DNA of 35,352 nucleotides from Octopus sinensis (Eukaryota). The position numbers were made by a program, and so were the translations under genes. The stretch is taken from the NCBI RefSeq assembly GCF_006345805.1, contig NW_021828084.1, positions 1-35,352 on the forward strand, written 5' to 3'. Shown here one piece after another: positions 1-9,344 of this stretch (position 1 is its first letter; the number at the start of each line of letters is the position of its first letter). The notes beneath the pieces were generated by a model that saw only the letters and a program-made list of their open reading frames with translations, was not told the DNA's origin and did not search any database.

Positions 1-175
1 GACACGCTTTGATGTATGTACTTACACATACACATATGCATATACAATATAAATCTCACTATATAAAGATATATGCGCGTGTCTATATATGTATATATAG
101 ATATAGATACAGAGAGAAAGATAGAGAGTTATACATACAAACATACTTACATACATACATGCATGCATACATACA

Positions 176-212
<37 letters not shown>

Positions 213-588
213 ATACATATATGCATATATACATGCATACATATCTATGCATACAATTGTATGTTTGTGCAAATATGAGCATGTGCATGTAGTTGTTGTT
301 GTTGTCAAGCAACAATACGGGTAAGGGTGATTAGGGGATGGTTTAGGGCTTAGGGGCGGGAGACCCCAGACCTTGGAAAAAAGAAATTTGGTCGTCATGT
401 TGTAGTCGAGGGCTCTTCGTTGACGCCCGACACCACTGGGAGGTGGCCCTCGAAGTCGCTGGAAATGGAGATCTCCAGGTCCAAATTCTTGAACGGTTAT
501 GTGCGTGTATGTGGGTGTGTGGACGTTTGAGTGTATGTGTATACATATATTCACACATACGACATCCCCTCGTTAGTGCTCCACTCAC

Positions 589-847
589 CTGGGCTGCCAT
601 ATGTATAAGTTCTTCAAAGCTTAACGCTTCCCCTCCAGGAGAACGCAGGAAACACAGCAGACTACCGTTGCTCATAAATTCAGTGACAATGAGAATGGGC
701 TCGCCTATTGAACACACGGCATAGAGGAGGACCAAGTTCTTGTGTTTGCACCTTTTCATAATTTTGGACTCTTCTAGAAGCTGGCTGCTGACATTGTACC
801 GGGTTTTAAGGTTTTCACTGCAACTGTGGTACTGTTTTTCCAGAGAC
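589..847 (-). CDS. Src-family kinase exon 7 (kinase N-lobe and hinge), with an apparent 1-nt deletion near 777-779
   Basis: First frame LWKNSTTVAVKTLKPGTMSAASF then TAG (776-774). Shifted frame LEESKIMKRCKHKNLVLLYAVCSIGEPILIVTEFMSNGSLLCFLRSPGGEALSFEELIHMAAQ. Acceptor ttattcccaAG, donor CAG|GTGAGT. 259 nt observed; 260 needed for phase 1 to 0. Confidence 0.95.
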
Positions 848-1227
848 CTTGGGAATAATAAAAGAACAGATTATTATCATAACATTATACGCACATACAA
901 AAAAATATATACACATACATACATATATATGTTATATATATATATATATATTTTTAAATTTTTGTATATATTTATTATTATTTTTTTGCAAAAAACAATG
1001 TAATTTTCTTTTTTCCCCCTTCTCACTTTAAAAAAAAAATTTCCTTTACAATTCTTGAAAAGTCACATTATGACGAAAACCGGTTTGAATTAATATATAT
1101 TTATATATTTTATCAATTTTTCAAAAACTTTTTCCATACACCCATTTTCAATTAAAATTTTCTTTCAATTTAGCATTCTGCCTTTTTACAATTTTCCTTG
1201 CTATATATATATATATATATATATATA

Positions 1228-1276
<49 letters not shown>

Positions 1277-1403
1277 ATATATATATAGAATCATATCAAA
1301 GGGAAATGGAATTTAATTAAATTTAAAATATTCAATCAAAATTTCCATTTCCATTGGTCTAACGTGCAAAAAAATTAGTCAAGAAGACTATATATTAGTT
1401 ATA

Positions 1404-1817
1404 CGATATAGTGCAAATTTTTTTACACATAAAGGAATCCACTTAGTGTGAAATTCAACACATTAGAGAGAACATCTAGGTTCTATAAACCACAAAAATA
1501 ACGGATAAAATTCGACAGGAATAAATTTGGAAATAAAAAACAGGTAGCGGTGCTTGTCTTCTGTCTCTTATACGTTTAACCCCAGGTTGGACCTCGCCGA
1601 AGAAGATCATACCTTGCGAGTCCCCCCGACTTGCTAAAAGAAGATCAGAAACCAATTTGGTCCGGGGTACTAGATGGTAAAAGTTTTTCATTTCCAAATT
1701 TATTCCTGTCGAATTTTATCCGTTATTTTTGTGGTTTATAGAACCTAGATGTTCTGTCTAATGTGTTGAATCTCACACTAAGTGGATTCCTTATGTTATT
1801 AAATATGCACTATATCG
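1404..1817. mobile_element. MITE-like foldback element with about 135-bp arms
   Basis: 1432-1534 pairs with 1690-1792 with 2 mismatches. The arms extend to TA|CGATATAGTGCA ... TGCACTATATCG|TA. The spacer of about 140 bp is non-coding. Superfamily unknown. Confidence 0.65.
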
Positions 1818-1854
1818 TATTTATATATATATATATATTTACTCTTTTAGTTTT

Positions 1855-2030
1855 CTACTTGTTTAAGTCATTTGACTGCGGCCATGCAGGAGCACCGCTT
1901 TTAGTTGAGCAAATCGACCCCAGGACTTATTCTTTGGAAGCTTAGTACTTATTCTATCGTTCTCTTTTGCCGAACCGCTAAGTTACGGGGGATGTAAACA
2001 CACCACCATCGGTTGTCAAGCGATGTTGGG
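1855..2030 (-). mobile_element. Family A SINE 3' half
   Basis: GTCATTTGACTGCGGCCATGC..GAGCAAATCGACCCCAGGAC..GCCGAACCGCTAAGTTACGGGG block. Confidence 0.88.
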
Positions 2031-2169
2031 TGGGTGGGGGGCGACAAACACATGGCTATATCGTCAACCACCAAGGGACATGGTCAACTGGTTAAGGTCA
2101 AGCAACTGACAAGCAAATCTGTGGTATAGAGGAGAATATTTGCTGTAGCCCATCTTTTACCCCAAGACA

Positions 2170-2193
2170 AATTATTATTATTATTATCATCAT

Positions 2194-2261
<68 letters not shown>

Positions 2262-2281
2262 TATTATTATTATTATTATCA

Positions 2282-2372
<91 letters not shown>

Positions 2373-2377
2373 ATATC

Positions 2378-2422
<45 letters not shown>

Positions 2423-2518
2423 TATTATTATCATTATCATTATTATTATTAATATTATCATTATTATTATTATTATATTATTATTATTATATTATTATTA
2501 TTATTATTATTATCATCA

Positions 2519-2549
<31 letters not shown>

Positions 2550-2680
2550 CATCATTATTATTATTATTATTATTATTTTATTATTATTATATTATTATTA
2601 TTATTATTATATTATTACTATTTTATTATTATTATTATTATTATTTTTGCTGTTGTTGTTGCTGTTGTTGTTGTTTTGTA
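2170..2680. repeat. Compound (ATT)n/(CAT)n/(GTT)n microsatellite
   Basis: Direct reading; it begins about 15 bp from the exon 6 donor. Confidence 0.97.
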
Positions 2681-2696
2681 TTTTTTTTTTACTTAC

Positions 2697-2861
2697 CTTT
2701 TCGTACCTCACCAAACTGTCCGCTACCAAGTACACCAAGAAGTTGTATATCTTCTCGAGGTATTTCCCATTGATCACGCAACTCCTTGGACAAATCCGTA
2801 AGGACGGGTTTACTTTTCACACATGGGGTTGTCAATGCCTTGAATATTCCATCCGGTAATT
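2697..2861 (-). CDS. Src-family kinase exon 6 (SH2 end, SH2-kinase linker, Gly-rich loop)
   Basis: Reads (E)LPDGIFKALTTPCVKSKPVLTDLSKELRDQWEIPREDIQLLGVLGSGQFGEVRK(G). Acceptor ...acacaaaAG, donor AAAG|GTAAGT. 165 nt, phase 1 to 1. Confidence 0.95.
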
Positions 2862-4512
2862 CTTTTGTGTTTTGAAAAATATGAAGAAAAAAGAAAAAAA
2901 AAAAAGAAATAGAGAAAATTTGAAATAAACCCAAAATACAAACAAATAAAAAAACAATGTGCTGATCAATTTATAGAAGGATTTAAGGTTCAGGAGGATG
3001 AAAATTTTGTTTGAATTAACCCTTAGTATATTACTGGTACATGATTAGCGAAACAGAGGGGTCCCTCAAAGAAGTTACACCTTGCTAGAAATAGCAGCCA
3101 AGCTTACCTTCAGTTTTTCCTTAAATATGAAAAGAAAACGTTGTATGAAGTAGTCCTAGATATACCACAAAAAAAAACAAAAACTAAAAAAAACACCAAA
3201 ATACAAAACAGAACAAAAAACACGGATGGTCACAGCTGGAACGCCTTTGATTATAGGTCTGCTCAATCATGACTAATCAGGAATAAAACAACTGCAGCAA
3301 CATGTATTTTTTTTATATTAGCCTTTGCATTATTTGTACTAAAAGATGTAAAGGGAGGTGATTGAACTTGGATCCGTAACACACGCAGGCACAATGGTAG
3401 TGGTATGTATAGGGATGATGGTTGTAATGGATTAAATCCAACTCGCCTGTTTCCGAATATTATTCATTAATATCATTTTATACTACTACTAGTATTATAA
3501 CCCGATTTCATTCAGGTCTATTCGGGCCACACTTTAAAGATGAGGAAGTAAAAAAAAAAAAAAACGAAAATTTTGTTAAAAATTAAAAAGAAAATGAGGG
3601 CAAAAAGCACTCGTTTTTCACAATGAAAAATCGTTTCCTAGTAGCCGGAATTTCGTGACAAAATGTATATTTATTAAGCGCAACAGCCTGCAGTGCATGC
3701 CGTTGGGCATTAAAAGCCAATCGAACAACTTTGAATCGATAAAAAAATCCCTCTTTTTGCCATAGCAACCACATCTTTATAGCTTGCGAATTTTAACCAT
3801 CGCAGGTCTCATCCTCACCACGCATTTATTATCCTTGCCAATTTTCAGCTCGATCCAAGCCTCGGTTTGGCCGCCATTAACCGTCAAAGGAAAATGTGCA
3901 TACAATTTTCGTCCAAGGTCTGTTTTATAGATATAGATTAACAAACAATAGTGTCGTTTATACATCAGCAAAAGATAAGCAAACACACACAGACACACAC
4001 ACACAACCACACAGAAATACAAATGCATCCACGATTACAAATATTGCACTTATCTGATTCGTTGAATTCGTATTTTTGTGCTTACGAAACTAAATAATGA
4101 TCGTGCAAATAATGAATAACATATCTACAAATATGTACTCTAAATAACATATTCAGCAACTTTTTCTTTCAGCTGTACACACAATTGCACACCTACCTAC
4201 CTACCTACCTACCTACCTACCTACTACCTACTACCAACTACCTCCCTACCTACCCATACATATATACATACATTCAGGCATGCATGCATATATATGTATA
4301 TGTATATATATATGTATATGTATATGTATATATATATGTACGTATATATATATATGTATATGTATATGTATATGTATATATATATACAAAAAGCAATAAA
4401 GATTCAAGTTAATTTAATGAATTTACTGCACTAAAAAAAAACTATACTGTTTTAACAATACAGTAATGTGGGGTGATTATAAGCGAGAAAGAAGCAACAA
4501 GAATGGATAGGT

Positions 4513-4603
4513 TTTTAGTACAATCGTTTCATACAAGGACAGGCTTTATTAAATGTTGCAAAAATTACAGCATATAAACGTGTCCCGTACTCATCAGCTA
4601 AAA
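4513..4603 (-). ncRNA. Type I hammerhead ribozyme motif (left arm; same sense as the Src pre-mRNA)
   Basis: Exact reverse complement of 4906-4996. Predicted cleavage between 4519 and 4518 on the minus strand. Confidence 0.78.
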
Positions 4604-4905
4604 TACATGTGAGTTCTCTAGACATCCTAGTGGTTGAGGCTATACTCATGAAGTAATGTAGATAATTAAGTAACATAAACAGATTTCCAAAGTTCATTAA
4701 AGTTCTTGAAATTCATATGTGCACTATGGATTAGGTCACCTTCTCTGTGATGCTATTAAAACTTTTTTAAAATTCTGTGATAAGACTGTGCATCATCTTT
4801 AAAGAACTTTAATGAACTTTGGAAATCTGTTTATGTTACTTAATTATCTACATTACTTCATGAGTATAGCCTCAACCACTAGGATGTCTAGAGAACTCAC
4901 ATGTA

Positions 4906-4996
4906 TTTTAGCTGATGAGTACGGGACACGTTTATATGCTGTAATTTTTGCAACATTTAATAAAGCCTGTCCTTGTATGAAACGATTGTACTAAAA
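4906..4996 (+). ncRNA. Type I hammerhead ribozyme motif (right arm of inverted repeat)
   Basis: Stem I TTTTAG(4906-11)/CTAAAA(4991-96). Core CTGATGA at 4912-18. Long stem II GTACG-GGACA...TGTCC-T-TGTAT at 4919-78. GAAA at 4979-82. Stem III AC-GATT-GT. Predicted cleavage after GTA (4990). The closing pair is G-U rather than G-C. Confidence 0.78.
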
Positions 4997-5028
4997 ACCT
5001 ATCCATTCTTGTTGCTTCTTTCTCGCTC

Positions 5029-5068
<40 letters not shown>

Positions 5069-5072
<4 letters not shown>

Positions 5073-5237
5073 TGCACCATACGACTTTATACATCACATC
5101 ATATATACATACACACGTCTAGACCTCTCATACGCACTAATACCCCCTCTTCTCCTCTCTCTACACTACACCATACGACTTTACACATCACATCATATAT
5201 ACATACACACGTCTAGACCTCTCATACGCACTAATAC
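5069..5237. repeat. 75-bp direct duplication with a 94-bp period
   Basis: ACACT(G/A)CACCATACGACTTTA(T/C)ACATC..CACTAATAC at 5069-5143 and 5163-5237. Confidence 0.88.
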
Positions 5238-5383
5238 TCTCTCATACACACACACACACTCTTCTCATACACACACACACACACACACACTCTTATGTTT
5301 GAGCGGGGTCATTCAACCCTATTATCTTCCCTAATTTCGCTCTTGCGTCTCATGCTTGATCTTTGACTTCTGGCCGAAATCAG

Positions 5384-5742
5384 ATCGCCATGTTGATTCG
5401 CTAGCTTCCGCGCGCATATTTTTTTTTCCCCTTCTTTCTGTGTTTTTTTTCTCTGTATCTTTCTGTTGAAGAGCGTAGGCTCGAAACGTTAAAGACTTGT
5501 TTCATTTATATTTCCTGAGCGCCATACTAATACAATGTTTGTTTGTATTCCACCTGCCTCGTCTTTTTTTTGTTTATTTCCGTAAACCTGCCTTCGTCTT
5601 TTGTCTATTTTCATTAGTTTACGCTCGGGAAGTGAAAAGGTCTTTAACGTTTCGAGCCTACGCTCTTCAACAGAAAGGAACACAGAAAGAAACAAGGAGA
5701 GAAAATAAAGAATGTGTAGTGGCTACCGATCTATCATGGCGA
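5384..5742. mobile_element. Inverted pair of a short interspersed repeat carrying a hammerhead-like variant (probable Penelope-like derivative)
   Basis: 5459-5496 is a perfect 38-bp reverse complement of 5640-5677, and the outer arms are diverged. Motif TCTTT-CTGTTGA-A-GAGC-GTAG-GCTC-GAAAC-GTT-AAAGA. Confidence 0.6.
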
Positions 5743-5966
5743 ATGAGAATGCAATCTAGCATGATAACGCGCCTGAAAATCCAGGAAACACCAGTGTGAA
5801 GTGTATAATAGTAATCAGTTAAAATTAAAGAGAAATGAAAAGCAAACAAGATTTAATTCAACGTGTTTATAGCTGTTTCATAATTCACTTTTAGTTACAT
5901 CATTGACTCTGATTTTCGAAGGTGCGTACACATTGTATACACTTCATATACGCTTTATATACATAT

Positions 5967-6630
5967 GGAGGCGCAATGGCCCAGTGGTTAGGGCAGCGGA
6001 CTCGCGGTCGTAGGATCGCGGTATCGATTCCCAGACCGGGTGTTGTGAGTGTTTTTTGAGCGAAAACACCTAAAGCTCCACGAGGCTCCGGCAGGGGATG
6101 GTGGTGATCCCTGCTTTACTCTTTCACCACAACTTTCTCTTACTTCCTGTTTCTGTTGTACCTGTATTTCAAGGGGCCGGCCTTGTCACTCTCTGTGTCA
6201 CGCTGAATATCCCCGAGAACTACGTTAAGGGTACACGTGTCTGTGGAGTGCTCAGCCACTTACACGTTAATTTCACGAGCAGGGTGTTTCGTTGATCGGA
6301 TCAACCGAACCCTCATCTACCGTTAAGGTACACCTGTCTGTGGAGTGCTCAGCCACTTACACGTTAATTTCACGAGCAGGGTGTTCCGTTGATCGGATCA
6401 ACCGGAACCCTCATCTACGTTAAGGGTACACCTGTCTGTGGAGTGCTCAGCCACTTACACGTTAATTTCACGAGCAGGGTGTTCCGTTGATCGGATCAAC
6501 CGGAACCCTCATCTACGTTAAGGGTACACCTGTCTGTGGAGTGCTCAGCCACTTACGCGTTAATTTCACGAGCAGGGTGTTCCGTTGATCGGATCAACCG
6601 GAACCCTCATCGTTGTAACCGACGGAGTGC
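5967..6630 (+). mobile_element. tRNA-derived SINE with a 98-bp internal segment amplified 4 times
   Basis: Head GGAGGCGCAATGGCCCAGTGGTTAGGGC..TCGATTCC. The unit TACGTTAAGGGTACAC..CCCTCATC starts at 6221, 6318, 6416 and 6514. Ends AACCGACGGAGTGC. Confidence 0.88.
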
Positions 6631-6749
6631 TTCCAATAATAATATACATATATGCGTATATCTATATATGTTCACATACAATTATATAGTTACATATTGA
6701 GGTTCCAAATAGAATTATTCTTCAGAACATATTCAGGACACCATTGCTT

Positions 6750-7342
6750 TGTCTCATTAATTTACATGTTCTCCGTGCCATCTCTTGTAATTCATACTTC
6801 TTCCAAGGTACTATTCCGAGGTCCCATATCTCATCAAAGCAACCGCCCACGTGTTAATTGCCCTAATCTTACAGCGGCCATTTTTGCTTCGATTGGGGCA
6901 CAAGCCCCAGTTCTTCTCAAAAACTCTTTCCTTTAACATTTCTTTCATCTTGTGTTCATTCATCTTATCTCTTTAAATGACACCCAGATACTTATATATC
7001 CTTCCTCTCTGACTTCCTTTATAAGTTTCTCTACCTTCCACAGCTTGACCCCATGGCTTTTACTGATTTCCCCCTTTCTCTTCATCTCCTTACTCCGAAT
7101 CATCCAATTTCTCGATCCCAAATTCCGTGCCAATATCTTTGCTAATCATCTGCACAGTTGCCGTCAAAAACTCTCAATTTCTTTCTCAGTCTTAGCGAAT
7201 AGCTTTAGGGTCATCCATAAACCACAGGTTGTTTACTTTCACCCTGCCTAGCATGTACCCCTATACGCATCTCTCTTAAAACGCTCGTTAATGGCAGTAT
7301 GCAGACAACAAATAGGAGAGGCGACAGACTCCCGCCTTGAAA
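6750..7342 (-). mobile_element. Old R4/Dong-like RT fragment
   Basis: Minus-strand frameshifted remnants FQGGSLSPLLFV, WFMDD, KDIGTEFG, YKYLGV, RAINTWAV. The 5' junction abuts an (AAT)n(AAC)n tract. Confidence 0.8.
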
Positions 7343-7370
7343 ATTATCATTGTTGTTGTTGTTGTTGTTG

Positions 7371-7431
<61 letters not shown>

Positions 7432-7444
7432 TTTTTTTTGTGAA

Positions 7445-7777
7445 GGCGCATGGCTCAGTGGTTAGAGCGTCGAGCTTACGATCGTGAGATTGCGAGCTCG
7501 AATCCCGGACCGGGTTGCGTGTTGTGTTCTTGAGCAAGGCACTTTATTTCACGTTGCTCCAGTTCACTCAGCCGTAGAAATGAGTTGCGACGTCACAGGT
7601 GCCAAGCTGTATCGGCCCCTTTGCCTTTCCCTTGGACAACATCGGTGACGTGGAGAGGGGAGACCGGTATGCATGGGCAATTGCTGGTCTTCCATAAAAC
7701 AACCTTGCCCAGACTTGTGCCTCAGAGGGTAACTCTCTAGGTGCAAACCCATGGTCAGTGTCTGACCGAAGGAGGGT
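7445..7777 (+). mobile_element. tRNA-derived SINE (CORE-like central domain, distinct tail)
   Basis: Head GGCGCATGGCTCAGTGGTTAGAGC..CGAATCCC, central TTGAGCAAGGCACTTTATTTCACGTTGCTCCAG. Confidence 0.82.
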
Positions 7778-7811
7778 AAAAAAAAAAAAAATTATATTTT
7801 AGACATCTTAC

Positions 7812-7955
7812 CTGAATAATGTTTAATAAGTTCATCAAGAGATTCAAAAATTCTTCGTTCGTTGATCCAGAATTGTCCGTTCTTGCTCATAATTTTGTAA
7901 TGTTTAACAAAGCTCTCATTATCCTCTTTACTGACAATAGACAGAGCAAAACCAC
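7812..7955 (-). CDS. Src-family kinase exon 5 (SH2 C-half)
   Basis: Reads GFALSIVSKEDNESFVKHYKIMSKNGQFWINERRIFESLDELIKHYS. Acceptor ttatttccAG, donor TCAG|GTAAGA. 144 nt, phase 1 to 1. VKHYKI and F.SL.EL..HY motifs present. Not visible in the ORF track. Confidence 0.97.
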
Positions 7956-8745
7956 CTGGAAATAATCAAAGATGGAACGTATAAGTCATTTATTATTATT
8001 ATTACTATTTTTTTTGACGAAGAAATGGAAGAAAACCCAAGAAAAAATCTTGCTGGTGGCAATAAAAAATGTTTTATAAATAGACAACAATAAATGTGAT
8101 TGCCATTAAGTCGTTTTGGCCGACGTGCTAACGACTCTGCCAGCTTGCCGCCTTCAGAGCAAAGTTAAATATCAGTTTGAATCGAATTCAGAAACGTCAA
8201 TAAGAGCAAGTAAAGAGCAGAAACTAGTTTTGGCGATGTTCTACCAATTTCATTGATTACTGGTAAACTTTTTCATGTCGTAGACGACAGACGAGGGTTC
8301 TGAAATTTCTTGTTGAACAACAACCATAGGACGGTGGAAAGATCTACGGGGTGCGTTGAAGAAAAGTGGGGCGATAATGGGAGTGGCCAATGGATGTAAA
8401 AACAACAAAATAAGGGGTCGATTAGATTTGGTTTTATATGTGAAATACAGTTTTTTATCTCTCATCTAGTTTCAGCTCACGAGCTGTGGCCATGCTGGGG
8501 CACCGCCATTTGTTTTGAATTTGCTACAGAAAGTGGTCTATGTTTGTGGTGATGGTGAGTGGGGGTGGGTGGGATCTAGGAATAAGGCCTTGGTGCCAAG
8601 GGGGCAGCAGCCCACACAAGTTTGGGAACCTCTTGTTTAGAGTAATGGGTCTCAACCGGGATTCATATGGCCCTTGCGGGTCCTTATAAAATCTTGTTAA
8701 AACTTTTTCTGCAACAATCTGACTATATTTCTACAAAACAAAGTA

Positions 8746-9304
8746 TTGGGTTGTCCGGAAAGTTCGTGCCGATTTTTAAAGGAAAGAAAAGGGTCAATAA
8801 TACTTGTCATTACATTTTTAATCAACCAATATGAACCATTTTGTTGCACAATGCGTCTCCATCTTCCTTTAACTTGAAATACCCTCTTCCCAGAATGAGG
8901 TGGTTTTATTGCAAGAATTCACCAAGGTATCTTTTTATATCATCTAAGGAATTTAAATTTTTACCATTAAGACTATTCTGCAAGACCTGAATAAGTGGAA
9001 ATCCGAAGGAGCAATATCTGGTGAATATGGAGGGTGTGGTAACACATCCCAGCCAGCCGCTGCAGCCATTTTGTCTGGTCCCAAAGCATCAAATGCCGAA
9101 AATGAACATTCTTATCTTCCATTTTAAAGGGTTACAGAATTAACACAGGTTATAGGAACATAAACCTTCTCCAACGAAAAGATAGCTTAAACTGTGCTCT
9201 AAATGGAGGTGTAGTCAAATCATATTTTATAGACTCAACCATGTTCTAGAATAAGTCGAAATTTAAGCTACTATAAATCGGCACGAACTTTCCGGACAAC
9301 CCAA
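8746..9304 (-). mobile_element. Non-autonomous mariner deletion derivative (559 bp)
   Basis: Perfect 30-bp TIRs TTGGGTTGTCCGGAAAGTTCGTGCCGATTT at 8746-75 and 9275-9304, with TA on both sides. Minus-strand transposase remnant GWDVLPHPPYSPDIAPSDFHLFRS. Confidence 0.93.
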
Positions 9305-9344
9305 TATTTAAGCATTTTTATATAATTCCTAATAATATTTAATA

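Larger units (their letters stand above)
4482..5027. repeat. Perfect 226-bp inverted repeat with 94-bp spacer (Penelope-like pLTR-type foldback)
   Basis: 4482-4707 is the reverse complement of 4802-5027, with no mismatch found by eye. The identical ORFs 4515..4697(-) and 4812..4994(+) confirm this over 183 nt. The Penelope assignment is inference from the hammerhead. Confidence 0.9.

Noticed and set aside
147-554. GC-rich stretch or ORF as the next kinase exon
   Set aside because: No frame gives the expected IA.GM.Y...HRDLAARN sequence; the next exon must lie outside the window.
3583-4028. ORFs 3583..3774 and 3777..4028 as alternative exons
   Set aside because: No Src or other domain similarity recognised and no convincing donor. 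Exons 5 and 6 already join in frame.
4515-4994. Two identical 60-aa ORFs on opposite strands
   Set aside because: A by-product of the perfect inverted repeat; no recognisable protein features.
5967-6040. tRNA genes at SINE heads (also 7445, 9345, 30748, 34775)
   Set aside because: A and B boxes are present, but there is no acceptor-stem closure or terminator and each continues into a repeat body.
8580-8700. hAT-type MITE ends (AAGTTTGGGAACC, GGGTCTCAACC)
   Set aside because: Only short degenerate motifs, with no paired termini or 8-bp duplication found.
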